From NCBI GenBank assembly GCA_977862235.1, contig OZ374559.1, positions 2,976,001 through 3,040,000 of the forward strand: 64,000 nucleotides of DNA. The letters run 5' to 3'. The notes under the pieces are model-generated. The model was given only the letters and a program-made list of their open reading frames with translations. It did no database searches and had not been told where the DNA came from. Made by a program: the position numbers and the translations under genes. Each line of letters opens with the position of its first letter. Position 1 is the first letter of the stretch. This document shows, in pieces, positions 47,938-58,800 of this stretch. This stretch comes from Dudresnaya verticillata (Eukaryota).

Positions 47938-49698
47938 TCATGCGCGTCCCCTATGCCTGCGATGTTCGCGCCTCTTCTTCCGGTCAATCTGCTTGAAACC
48001 GGAATGGCCCGCAGGGTCCTTGACCTTGACGTCCCTCATCGCCGGCATCAGGCCCTCCTGGAACGCAATTTCGACAACCTCGTCCGCGTTGGCCGTGTCC
48101 GGGTGCGCGTTGAGCGCCCACTTGATGTACACCAGGAACTCCACCCAGTCGACGTACCCGTCCGAGTCCATGTCGATCGCCTTGAGAGCCTGCTTGGTGT
48201 CCACACAGCGGTAACATCCAAAGTACTTGGCCAGGAACCCGTGGTAGAACGAGTCGTACTCCAGCCGCCCGTCGCGCTTCGAGGGCTCCTTCTTGTCCCA
48301 GAAGTCCCAAAACTCACGGATCTCCGCGATCAGCTTCTGGTGGTGCGCAGAGTGCACCTCTACCTTGGCGATCTCCTCGCTCATCCTCCCCGTCAGCTGT
48401 CCCCCGCAACGGTCAAAAAGGATGGCCAGCCCCGTAGCAGACTGGTACTCCTCCTTGCGCGGCGGCGTCGCGTTCAGGTCAAGCAGCATCTGCTCCACCA
48501 TCTTCTTCCCCATTGCCTCAGTAAACTGAGGGTCCGAGCCGAACAGGAACGTCAGCCGGTCCACCACCATTTGCGGGCTGGCCAGCGTCGTCATACGGTT
48601 TTCCGTGCGCTCCCCAAAGAAGTCGCCCAGATTGAAGTCGCCCACTCCGATAAATCCAAACACAAGATCCAGCGCCCGGTCCCCGTACACACACTGCTTC
48701 GGGTGCGGCATCTTGGTCGTGGTCAGCTTGGTCACCTCGATGGCCGCCTTGCGGAACTCATCGCACTTGTACGTCTCCAGCACCTTCTTGTTGCCGAGTC
48801 GCACCAGGTTCATCAGCGTGATCGTAGACGACGCATGTCCCATGGCCGCGCCCTCGACGCACAGCGACGCCCAAACGCCGTCGCCACCCGCCGCGAGGCA
48901 CTCGAGCGTGGCGGAGGTCTGCAGCTCCCACTTCTCGTGGATGTGGTTGAGCAGGCGTCCGTTCTTCCAGCCACAGGCGTCCATGACGCCACGCACGGCA
49001 CGGGTCCAGGCAGCCATTTCGGAAGGCATGGACTCGCCCATGGGGTCCTCGTAGGCGAGGGCGAACATGCGCTTGTTCTCCGGCATGGTGGAAAGAAACT
49101 CGACAATGGTGAGCAGTCGCTCTGGGGCGGCGTCCATAACGGCCGGCAGATCGCGGAAGTTGATGAGGATGCGGGCGTTGGGGTTGATGTTGTCGAAGAC
49201 CCAGAACATCCACTTTTGGATCAGGTTGCACATGTCTGCGACAGTCCACTTGGTATCCCAGGCGATGTTGGCGTCGCAGAGGTCAACCTCGAAGAAGGTG
49301 TTGTACAAGCCGTACTTTTTGTTCTTCTGGAGAGAGATGGGGACAGCCTCCGTATTGTAGCGACCGTCGACAATGGCGCCTTCTGTGACCTCGGAAAAGG
49401 AGAAGAGGCGGGAAAAGTCCTCACCGGTGTCCTTGAGCCACTGGCAGAACTCGTCGTCAACACGGGCCATGTGGGAAAAGGAGGCGACGAGGATGCTGTG
49501 CATGTGACAGTTTTTGCTCTGCTGGTAGATGGCCTTCTTGTTCTCGATGGTGTGACTCTTGAGCTGACCGACAGTACTCTCACGGATGGAGTTGTCCAGG
49601 ATGAAAAGGTCGAGATTCTCAAACCGGTCCATCTTGGGCTCGATCGAGTCGATCTCATCATCCAGCTTGGCGGCAAAGTTTGATACGATATCCGACAT
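47938..49698 (-). CDS. DRE-TIM (HMGL/IPMS-like) barrel protein with C-terminal EF-hand, 586 aa
   Basis: ILDNSIRES resembles DTTLRDG. NHIHEK is an HxH metal site. GGDGVWASLCVEGAAMGHA resembles the GER.GN region. Canonical EF loop DMDSDGYVDWVE. Strong GC3 bias. TATA at 49898-49905. Confidence 0.75.
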   Translation of the reverse strand: MSDIVSNFAAKLDDEIDSIEPKMDRFENLDLFILDNSIRESTVGQLKSHTIENKKAIYQQSKNCHMHSILVASFSHMARVDDEFCQWLKDTGEDFSRLFSFSEVTEGAIVDGRYNTEAVPISLQKNKKYGLYNTFFEVDLCDANIAWDTKWTVADMCNLIQKWMFWVFDNINPNARILINFRDLPAVMDAAPERLLTIVEFLSTMPENKRMFALAYEDPMGESMPSEMAAWTRAVRGVMDACGWKNGRLLNHIHEKWELQTSATLECLAAGGDGVWASLCVEGAAMGHASSTITLMNLVRLGNKKVLETYKCDEFRKAAIEVTKLTTTKMPHPKQCVYGDRALDLVFGFIGVGDFNLGDFFGERTENRMTTLASPQMVVDRLTFLFGSDPQFTEAMGKKMVEQMLLDLNATPPRKEEYQSATGLAILFDRCGGQLTGRMSEEIAKVEVHSAHHQKLIAEIREFWDFWDKKEPSKRDGRLEYDSFYHGFLAKYFGCYRCVDTKQALKAIDMDSDGYVDWVEFLVYIKWALNAHPDTANADEVVEIAFQEGLMPAMRDVKVKDPAGHSGFKQIDRKKRREHRRHRGRA

Positions 49699-50197
49699 GG
49701 CTGGGTCTGTGTTTGTTTGTCCGGCTGTGTAGCTAGTGTAGCAAAGAACGGATCGTTCTTTTTGGACTGTGGGAGTGGCACAAGTCGTGCAGTATGAGGT
49801 GGGGCGGTGAAGCGAGAGAAAGAGCACCGGTAGGAGCGACAGGGATGGGTTGGATGGGTGGGAATACACAGAGGAGCAGTGAGGTGTGGGGTGTGGGTTT
49901 ATATAGTAGTCGTTTTCGGGGAGATAGGGATGGTTGCTGTTGCGAAAGAGATGCGTTGTGCTTGTCAGTGCTGATTGTGTCCTGCTGTGGAGGTGGCCCA
50001 GGGAGAAGACAGATGGCGAGGGAGTTGCGTGCGGCGGGGTTGGTAGGCTGTATGTGTGTTTGGGAGTCTGCGTGCTGGATCGCGTCGGGAGATCAGAGCT
50101 GAGGTTTTTGGTGAGCGGATTGGTAGGACTGACAGATGGGGTACTGTATGTGTTCCCCAATTGACTGGGAAGATAGAGAGGTGTGTGACAGTGAGAT

Positions 50198-50198
<1 letters not shown>

Positions 50199-50230
<32 letters not shown>
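50199..50230. repeat. (CA)n microsatellite
   Basis: Seen directly. Confidence 0.95.
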
Positions 50231-50231
<1 letters not shown>

Positions 50232-50415
50232 GGCTGGCCGAGATTGGTGCGGTGCGTGCGGAGCAGCAAGTATAATTAATGTATGGCGCGTGATGTCGTA
50301 AGGCGTGCGCACCCCCCAGGGAAGGAGTGAGTGTTGCTTGTTACCGTTCGGGATGGGAGCGGCATGAATCGGGGCGCGCGGGTGAGATATGGGCTGCGGT
50401 GGCGCAATGCATCAG

Positions 50416-50500
50416 GGATCGGGGATTGGGGGATCGGGGATCGGGGATCGGGGATCGGGGATCGGGGAACAATCGGGGATCAGAGTTAGAGGATCGGGGA
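50416..50500 (+). repeat. (GGGGATC)n 7-bp tandem repeat
   Basis: Seen directly; several units are imperfect. Confidence 0.9.
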
Positions 50501-52770
50501 CGCGGGGGGTCGTGGGGTTGGCTCTAGCCTAGGTCAGCGTGACATTGGCGATGGACGTGGTAGCGGCGAATGGAGGGGCGGGGATGGGGATGTGTGACAA
50601 GGGTACGGTTATGGCAGGTGGCGAAAGCTGAAGAGGAGGGCGTTGTTGAACGTGAGCGTGGACAAGGAGTGGGGGTGCCAAGAGAGAGAGAGGGAGAGCG
50701 GTGGACTCTCTCTGCTAACGTTGGAGTGAGAGAGAGTAAAACGTAAAAACCTACAAAGTATCTCTTTGTGAGGACAGCGAGTGTCGAGATGGGATTCGAG
50801 CGAGTACCTTCAGGCGGTCGCGGTTCAAGGGCCACGGCGGATGGCGAGATGTTGAAGTTTACGCCGCGCCGCGCCTTACGAATAACGCGTTGTGCGACGG
50901 AATGCAATGGGGCAGCACACTTTCCGGCGCCAGAAGGAGGTTTTGGCTGACCCAAAGATGATAGATGAACGCTTTCGCAATGCGAAACGGGGTTGACGAC
51001 GTGCGCCGTATGAAGGTGGCGTGGTGTGACGGTACGGTTTCTGGAAGCAGCCAATGCAGCGGCGATGGTGTTCAGACGCAGCGATGGGAGTCGAGCGGGA
51101 GAGCGCACGGTGCCTTGAGATATTTGGCGGCGCGCGTGACGTTCGGAAGGGGGCACTGCACGATATTTTGGCGCCAGTTGGCGCGAGCGGAGCGCCGAGT
51201 TGGGGCGTGTGCGTTTGTTTGTCGATGGCCGCATCCAATGGACTTTCCGACAGCGCGCGAGCGCGAGCGCGAGCGCCAGCGCGCGTGCCGTGCACACGCT
51301 CGCGTTAAAGCGCGATGGCGGCTCTGGGCTCAGGTGCTTGCAGGAGGTGCACGCTGGAGGCTGACGCGGCGACGCGTTTTTGCGTGTGCGGTGCGAGTGA
51401 GCAGGTTGCGCCTCGTAAGGCGGGCGGTAAGTTGAGTGCAGCTTGGAAAAAGGTTTCTGCGGCGAGGGCTCCGCGGGAACATTATGTTATTAGAGACGGC
51501 GGGGTGTGGGTGAGTGAGTGAGTGAGACCGGGGCACGCAGCAGTGGCGCAGTGTCCGACGGGGCTGGCAATGAGGGCTTTGAATGTTGGTACTGGTACGG
51601 ACCGGTTGGTGTCCGACAAGGTTCGATGTGACGCAAGTCTCTCTGCGATAAAAAGTCTCCTCGATTGCGGCTTGCGTGATATCGGAGTGTGAGGTGCTGT
51701 CTGTCGGCCGTCGTCGCCATTATGTAATCCGATACATGAAACGCGCTCGCTGTAGCTTACAAGAGGGAAGGGTGAGCCTTCGATTGACGAAGCATGTTTT
51801 ACGCTCGAAAACATCTCGACAAGCTGCGCTTGCGGCGTGCGTCGGCACTTGTCGCCGTCGCCCACGGTGTGACGGCCACGCCGGCCGTGTTGCTTGTACG
51901 CCAGTGACATACAGCGAGGCGCAGACCATCTTCCACACCAAGTAAGGCCGCATTGGTCGCCAGGCACGCGCGCAGTCGTGACTGTGCAGTGCTCGTTTGT
52001 TACGCGTTGCTGCATCTTTTTCTTTACATCCGCCGTCGATAGGCATCGCCTCGTGCCATTGTGCGGAACACCGATCGCCGCACCGATCGCCGCCGACGTC
52101 GCTACGTTGGAGTGTTTTGGTGCCTCCAACCTCCGCGCGCGTCCCGCCGGGCATCGTCAGTCACACAGGCACATGTGCTGAGATACACTACATAGTATTA
52201 CGCACATTGCGCACGGGCCGCATCATCGACCACATCGACGGGCCGTCCGCGACAACCACCGCCCGTGAACAAGCAGCCTGTTCTCGTTCGGCTGCACCGA
52301 GCGTCATCAGACAGTCACCATTGTTCTGTATGCCGCGCTGCGCGCGAGCATGCACAACAGCGTAGCGAGCAGTCGACACGTACGTGTGCCTTGAGAGATA
52401 CGCACTCGTCGTTTGCCAAACTTGTGGCTACCGTAATGCAGCGGCAGTAACGCACGCGCTGTTCTTACACATTCTGCAACGTTTCACTGCGCGCCCTGCG
52501 CCGCCGATGCCGCCCGCGTCCGAGCCCCGCCGATATCAGCAAGCGCAAGTACAAGCAACCCTAACAGTTACCTACTTGCCGCCACCAGCACGTGCGCTCA
52601 CCGCTGCTGAACACTTATATTGCTCCCGTACACGCACCGCCAAACCCGCACTCGCTTCTCCATCCATTTCCTGCGTTTTCTGCGCGAGCATCAGTTTCGC
52701 GTCGCATCTTTCCTTTACTGCTACAACTTTGTCTACTATCCTGTTCTTCTACACGAACAAGACCGGCACC

Positions 52771-52803
52771 AATAACAACAACAACAACAACAACAACAAC
52801 AAT
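52771..52803. repeat. (AAC)n microsatellite
   Basis: Seen directly. Confidence 0.95.
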
Positions 52804-53027
52804 ACACCAAAAGCGTAGCTCTTGTTCTTGTGTATAAAACAACCTTGTGTGTAGTGAAACAATATATAAGCCAAAACAAGCATTATCGTGCTACCGCGTG
52901 CTTAGAGAGCTAAACTTATATACCCCACTTCGCGTCGCCAGCATCTTTGCTTTTCTTCTGCTTGCTTCACCACCCACACAAAACAAACCATACACGTTTT
53001 CCTATAAACAAACCAACAACACACACA

Positions 53028-53030
<3 letters not shown>

Positions 53031-53074
<44 letters not shown>
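53031..53074. repeat. Compound (TC)n(TG)n microsatellite just 3' of the transporter stop
   Basis: Seen directly. Confidence 0.95.
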
Positions 53075-53100
53075 CGCTGCACCATCTCACTTGATACATC

Positions 53101-54543
53101 TCACTTGATAATCCGTCGCAACCCGACAATCAGGGCAGAAATGACGACCAGACCCGATCCAACGAGTGTGGCGGCAGACGGGGCCTCTTGCAAGAAGACA
53201 AGGCCGAGCGCGTGCACCATAGGGACATCCAAGTTGCAGATGACGACGCCCGGTCCTGCGGGGCAGAGTTGCAGGCCGCGGTTGAGCCCGCTCTGCGCGA
53301 GGACTGAGAAGAGCGACGCCACGACGATGACGGACAGCCCCATGCCGCCGACGAGGACGCCGGCGGGGCCCGTGACGACGAGCATGAGCGCCACGGACAG
53401 CACGACGGTGCCGAACGACAGCGACAGCACGCTCATCATGAACGGGATGTCCGTGCCCAGGCTGCGCACGGCGACGTACGAGACGGCCGTGGCGAGCGCG
53501 CTGGCGATGGAGAGAAACGTGCCCAGCGGTCGGTGCAGGTCGTGTTGCGCGGCGGCGGCCGCGGCGGCGGCGGCGGCGGAAGAGGAGGAAGAGGCGGCAA
53601 GGTCTGCGGACAGGCCAAAGGCCGGGTGGGCGATGATGGCGACGCCGGCGACGCCGACGACGGCGGCAGTGACGTCGTGCACGGACGCGGGCTCTGCGAG
53701 GAAGAGGCGCGAGAGCGCGAGCGTGAAGAGCGGGGTGATGGCGAAGAGCGAGATGACCTCGCCGGCGGGGAGGTACTCGAAGGCGGTGTACTGTGCGCAG
53801 ACGGCGACGGCGCCCATGGCGCCGCGGAAGGCCAGCAGCGCGCGGTGGCGCGCGGACATGGCGCGCACCACGGCCGGCAGGTCTGCCGTGGCGCACAGGT
53901 AGGCCAGGCTGAGCGCGGTCAGGATCAGCCCGCGCACGAAGACCGAGGCCGTGGACGGGTAGTTGTAGCGGCCCTCGGCCAGACGCACCAGCACGGACAC
54001 GGCCGAGTAGGCCAGCGTGGACAGCGCGATGTGCAGGAAGCCGGAGATGTGCGTCAGGGTTGGCGCGGGCAGCGCGGCGGCGGCGGCGCGCGCGGCGGCG
54101 GCGGCGGTGCCGGTGGCGGGCGGGCGCGTGGTGGCGGTGGGTGGGAGGAGCAGCGGGCGGGCCTCGGGCGCGTGCGAGGTGGGCTTGTCGCCGTTGCTCC
54201 TGGGCGATGGCGATGCGGGCATGCGGCGGTGGCGGCCGTGCGCGCGCGCGGGGCTGCGCGGCTGCTTGGCGGCCGCGGGGACGTGCACGTGGTGGTAGTA
54301 CTGCTCGTCGGCGTCGGACGACGACGGCGACGAGAGGTCGACCGCCACTGCGCCGTACGAGCGCGCGTGGCGGCGCGGCGGCGACGGCGGCGGCGGCGGC
54401 GCGGCGCATGCGGGCGACGCGGGCGTGGAGCGCGCGCGCGGCGACGCGACGGCGGCGGCTGCGGCGGCGCGCGGCGGCATGCGGCGGTGGTGCGCCGCGG
54501 CGACCGCGAGGTCGGCGGGGTCGTCGGCGCGCGCGGCGGGCAT
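53101..54543 (-). CDS. EamA/DMT superfamily transporter (SLC35G-like), 480 aa
   Basis: About 10 hydrophobic helices with DMT-type motifs (VFVRG, LAFRGAMG, YLPAGE..PLFT...FLAE, IIAHP, AVRSLG, VFLQEAP..LVG). Low-complexity N-tail, so the start is uncertain. Confidence 0.88.
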   Translation of the reverse strand: MPAARADDPADLAVAAAHHRRMPPRAAAAAAVASPRARSTPASPACAAPPPPPSPPRRHARSYGAVAVDLSSPSSSDADEQYYHHVHVPAAAKQPRSPARAHGRHRRMPASPSPRSNGDKPTSHAPEARPLLLPPTATTRPPATGTAAAAARAAAAALPAPTLTHISGFLHIALSTLAYSAVSVLVRLAEGRYNYPSTASVFVRGLILTALSLAYLCATADLPAVVRAMSARHRALLAFRGAMGAVAVCAQYTAFEYLPAGEVISLFAITPLFTLALSRLFLAEPASVHDVTAAVVGVAGVAIIAHPAFGLSADLAASSSSSAAAAAAAAAAQHDLHRPLGTFLSIASALATAVSYVAVRSLGTDIPFMMSVLSLSFGTVVLSVALMLVVTGPAGVLVGGMGLSVIVVASLFSVLAQSGLNRGLQLCPAGPGVVICNLDVPMVHALGLVFLQEAPSAATLVGSGLVVISALIVGLRRIIK

Positions 54544-54815
54544 GGTGGTGGCGGGGCGGGGGAGGGCGGGCGGGCGGGCGGGAGGGCGTGCGCGGGAGGG
54601 GGGAGCCGCGCGTGGAGGCGGGGCATGTGCGGCGCGCGGTCTACATCGCAGTGAAGGGCGGCGCGGGCGGCGGGGGCGGCGCGGCGCGGCGCGGCGGCAC
54701 GTGGGCGAGGTGCACGCCGCGCGCGCGTACGCGCGCCGGTGACGTGTGCACGCGGACGCACGTGGACAGCGGCGGGAAGCAGAGCTGCGCGCGCGCGAAC
54801 GAGCGGTGCGCGCGG

Positions 54816-54860
54816 TGCGGCGCGGCGCGGCGCGGCGCGGCGCGGCGCGGCGCGGCGCGA
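54816..54860. repeat. (GCGCG)n pentamer tract between the transporter and methyltransferase genes
   Basis: Seen directly. Confidence 0.85.
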
Positions 54861-55092
54861 GGGGGTTGGCGCGCAGCTGCGGCGGCTGCGCGCGCGCGGC
54901 GCATTCAATGTGTGGCAGTGCGGGGCAGCAGCGACGGGTGCGGCAAAATGCTTTTTGTTCCGCGAAAAGTGCGTCCAGGCGCGTCGTGGCGCGCAACGGC
55001 CGCCGCGTCACGCCCCGACGCTTGGCCGCCGGCGACGCCGGACAGGACCGGCGCCGCTCGCGCCGGCTCTCGCCCCGATCTATCCCGAAAGC

Positions 55093-55905
55093 CTATGCGC
55101 CCCCCGGCGCGGCGCCGCCCACCTTGCGCCAAAACGACAGCTGCGAGAACGTGTACTGGAACTTGCGCCGCGTCTCGCGGATCACCATGGGCACGTCGAC
55201 GGCGTCGCCGGCGCTCTCAAAGTCGGGCGCGAGCGCGTCGCGCAGGCCCTCGAGCGTGGTCAGGTTCTCGCCGGTGTCGGCCTTGAAGCCGCCGACCCAG
55301 CTGCGGCGCGGCGTGAACTCCTCCAACCACGTGTACGGCGACGCGATGGCCAGCAAGCCGCCGCGCCGCACGCGCGCCTTGACGCCGCGCAGAAACGCGT
55401 GCGGGTCGTACAGCCGGTCGATCAGGTTGCCGGCAAACACCGCGTCGTACGCGTCGTAGTCGTCGCGCAGCGCGCACGCGTCGCCCTGCGCAAAGTGCAC
55501 GCGCCGCTTGACGTCGTCGTAGCCGTCAAAGTCGGACAGCCGCGCCTCGCGCGCCGACCGCAGCGCGCCCTCGTCCTGCACCGAGTAGGCCACCACGCCG
55601 GCCGTCTGCAGCGTCTCGGCCACGCCGATCAGCCGCGCAGAGTAGTCCACGGCGTCCACGTGCGCAAAGCCCAGCTTGGCGAGCTCGAACGACGACCGCC
55701 CCGTCGCGCACCCGATGTCGAGCGCCCTGAGCCGCGGCCGCGTCGTCGCGTCTGGCAGCAGCTTGCTGAGCTCGGAGATGCACTGCACGGGAAAGTTTTC
55801 CACGCCCAGCTGCATCTTGCCGTAGTGGAACTCGACGTACACCGACACGATGGCGTCGTCCTCGTACATGTCCGGCTTGCTCTTGTCGTTGTCGCTGCCC
55901 GTCAT
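55093..55905 (-). CDS. SAM methyltransferase homologous to the OvoA C-terminal (mercaptohistidine N-methyltransferase) domain, stand-alone, 270 aa
   Basis: YE....Y.EFHYG....V.NFP, ALDIGCATGRSSFELA, DYSAR, F.QGDAC.L, NLIDRLYDP, SPYTWLEEFT, VIRETRRKFQY are the motifs of the OvoA methyltransferase domain. Confidence 0.85.
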   Translation of the reverse strand: MTGSDNDKSKPDMYEDDAIVSVYVEFHYGKMQLGVENFPVQCISELSKLLPDATTRPRLRALDIGCATGRSSFELAKLGFAHVDAVDYSARLIGVAETLQTAGVVAYSVQDEGALRSAREARLSDFDGYDDVKRRVHFAQGDACALRDDYDAYDAVFAGNLIDRLYDPHAFLRGVKARVRRGGLLAIASPYTWLEEFTPRRSWVGGFKADTGENLTTLEGLRDALAPDFESAGDAVDVPMVIRETRRKFQYTFSQLSFWRKVGGAAPGGA

Positions 55906-55907
55906 CT

Positions 55908-55936
55908 TTGTTGCTGTTGCTGTTGTTGTTGTTGTC

Positions 55937-55968
<32 letters not shown>
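55908..55968. repeat. (GTT/GTC)n tract in the 5' leader of the methyltransferase
   Basis: Seen directly; gives the poly-T run in the ORF track. Confidence 0.85.
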
Positions 55969-56314
55969 ATTGTCGAGGCGGGAGGACAGGGAAGGGAGGG
56001 CGCACAATAACACCAAAATCCGCTTTTCTCGCGCATTTTCCCGCTTGCAACTGTCATGCGCGCACTTTGCATCTGACTTACTCGCAGCGCTGAGCTCGTC
56101 GCGAGGAGCTCACCGCGCGCGTCGCTCGCGCAGCGCGCCCAATCCGCGTGTGCCTATGTGCACAGTGCCTCCGACCCATCGTCGTCGCCCGCGCAACGCA
56201 ACTCGCCCCACACACACACATCGCTCGCCGCGCCGCCGCCTTTCTTGTTCCCGCCGCTACCCTACCCGCTCTGCCGCGCTGCAATACCTCGAAACCTAAC
56301 CGCTGCATTCCCGC

Positions 56315-57212
56315 GTGGCCCTCCTCTTCTCCCAACCTACTTTTACTTTTGCCCCGCGCGCCTGCGCACTGTGCGGGAGCGACGGACAACTCGTCCCAAT
56401 CTCGCGCGCTACGGCCTTGTTCTCCCTTCTTGTCACCTTGTACGGTGGCGACGCCCGCGCTACTTTTGCTCTTCCCGACCTCCGAGGTCGCGTCCCGGTC
56501 CATCCTGGCAACGGTCCAGGTCTATCAAGTGTCCGGGAGGGGCAAACATTTGGTGCCGAAGCCGTGTCGCTCGAGGAACCCAACTTGCCTCCGCATCAAC
56601 ATCAAGCCACCCCGCTGGCCTCCGTACATCCCAAGCTAGGGATGTCCCGATCTCTCTGTCCGGCCTCACCGCGGACACTACCGTAGACCTTTCCGGTGTC
56701 TCCACTATGAAAGATCAAATCATGCTAGCCCACCAGATGTGCCCTGTGAATGGCGGCAGCCTGGCAAACGTGCAAGCTGCGTCGTTTGACCTGTCAATAG
56801 ACACAAACCTCGCCTTCCACCTCCGCCACAGCCCGCACGCGTCGGTGCAGGAAGCGGGAGAGCAGGTGCGTGCGGGCCGTCCAGACAAGTCGCGTGAAAG
56901 CATTCAAGGCGGGTGAGCTGCCTTTGCACTCGAACGGCACTGCCGACCTGACCACGTTGTCAGCTGATGTGGAGGGTGCATCTGCTGTGTGCGCGGCTCG
57001 AAAGTTGGATATCCTGCAACTTGCGCTCAAGGGCGTGGCGAAGGCAACCACGACGGTTTATGGGGGTGCGGGCTCGACTGTTAGCATTCCCGAGGGCGCT
57101 GTCACTGGTACTGTTGTCAACTGGGGCCGGGGAGCCGGTGAGTGTGCGGGACCCTTCTCTCGCGATTAACTTTATTATCTGCATGAACGGTTTCTTCCCT
57201 TTGAGAAGCTAA
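56315..57212 (+). pseudogene. Phage tail-collar domain protein (microcystin-dependent protein-like), frameshifted
   Basis: FAPR..ALC..DGQLVPIS..TALFSLL..LYGGD.RATFALPDLRGRVPVHPGNGPGLS...G.E.V.L...NLPPHQH lies in one frame. The family C-terminus (RDPSLAINFIICMNGFFP) lies in another. About three frame changes are needed and there is no clear ATG. Confidence 0.8.
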
Positions 57213-57930
57213 GACGTGGCGTGTGGCGTTTGAATGGAGCTACTGCTCCTCTGACTGTAACTGATTAGTGCAGCTAGCGTGCGCGATTTTCTAGAATGAC
57301 TATGGTGATAGTGTAGGTCACCCTAGAGATAACTAGTTTGGCGCGTGTGGGCAATGTCTTATAGCGTTACCTTTGCGAGAGCGTCGCAATTCCTATAGTG
57401 TTACCAGGAAGTATTCCTGTGCCCACCTTTCACGTTAAGACTCTATGTATTCGCCGATGGTCCGCTTCCTGTCGCATGGGATGCCAGTGAGCCGAAAGTA
57501 TGCGCGTTTCTGATGGCGATAGTGATCTTTATCGCTCTGACTCTGAAGATTAACTGGTCCCGGATAGTGCTTCTGGTCGAACTATCACAAATGATGAGGT
57601 CTAAGCTGGTAACATGTTCAAGCTTACACTTCTTTATTGCAGCAGTCATCGGGCTTGGATTTATATCAGCTCTAGAGAATTGCTGTGGTCCACACCTTAC
57701 CACATCTTAAACAACACCACACTGTGACCATTTTCAGCGAGTTCCGCAACTAAACCTATAGTGTTACTGGTTTGAGCTCCGGACAAACCGCCAAACCGCA
57801 GAACAAATACATCATCATCAGCATCACTATGACACAAAAAGCATCCTTTTTGCAACTCTGCTTGATCGCCAAAGATCTCTGGTGATGTCAGAGATTGGAG
57901 ACCTTTATGCATAGGAAAGACTGCAGCCCC

Positions 57931-58563
57931 GTAAGGGGGCCCAACTAAAACTCATGTGAAAGGTAAGGGTCGAAGAGTGAACGGCGGATAACAGCCACCG
58001 CGACAGATTCAAGTACAAGAGAGGTGAGGTAGGTTAGAAGAGATAGCTTCCCCGCTATCGGCAAAGTACCCTTCATAGTAGCTAGGGAAATCGCCACGCG
58101 CTGAGCGCCTCGTTCAAACCCAGAACCATTGGCACCATAGATGTCCATCACCATAGGATGGAGGTCTATCCGGTTCGTAGAACATAAGCGACGATAACTA
58201 CTGGCTTTCGCTTGCTCGCGCCTGTGAATAGCTTGATGTTGAGAGCGAGGCGTACCGGGAAACGGAGCTGGATGGTGCATGGTCACCACAGAGACATCAA
58301 ACGCTTGCGGGAGGGGGGCAAACGCAGGGTCATCGACATATAGTCTACAGATGCATACGAAGATGGTCACGTCGGTCTTCTTCCAAACGGTCTTCAGCAC
58401 GTTGTAATTGAGGGGCACCGCGATGCCTTTCTGACGCAGTGAGGGCGGAAGACGCCACAACTCGGGAATCCCCAGTCTCCTCTACGTAAGAAAGAGTCTT
58501 ATCTCTAAGTAAGAAAGGAGATAGAATGAAGCCGTACTCGCGCACGAGATCTACTCTCACCAA
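57931..58563 (-). mobile_element. REL-class non-LTR retrotransposon relic (family 1)
   Basis: LYVDDPAFAPLPQAFDVSVV...K..SYRRLC...LHPMVMDIYGANG, an REL endonuclease C-terminus with frameshifts. Confidence 0.7.
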
Positions 58564-58614
58564 TAAGAGAGATGCACCTTACTCAGCGAGATGCTAGTAG
58601 CCCCATGACGTGGC

Positions 58615-58800
58615 TTAGCAAAGATGAGGGCCTAGACGAAAGTCAACCAGCTTACGCCGATTAGCAGTCACAGCAACGCACTGGCGAACTAATGAAGTGA
58701 GACGAGTGAGGAGGGATAAATACTTGACCCGTAGGATGGTCTTGGTAGCATGGAATAACAAACAGCCTTCCGAATCCCCCAGGCCACACATGGAGCACAT
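58615..58800 (-). mobile_element. Family 1 retroelement 3' relic
   Basis: LSLLTRLTSLVRQCVAVTANRRKLVD matches LSLLTYLTSLVLESVAVAVIRRSLFD. Confidence 0.6.

Noticed and set aside
47911..49683. 590-aa plus-strand ORF
   Set aside because: Antisense shadow of the GC3-biased gene on the minus strand.
49699..50229. 177-aa N-terminal extension of the 763-aa ORF
   Set aside because: Starts in a (CA)n repeat at a non-ATG codon and spans the TATA box.
53087..56050. Many long R/A/P/G-rich ORFs
   Set aside because: Stop-poor alternative frames of very GC-rich DNA overlapping the two real genes.
56315..57212. Prophage or bacterial contaminant
   Set aside because: No other phage genes or operon structure; the flanks are eukaryotic repeats and retroelements.
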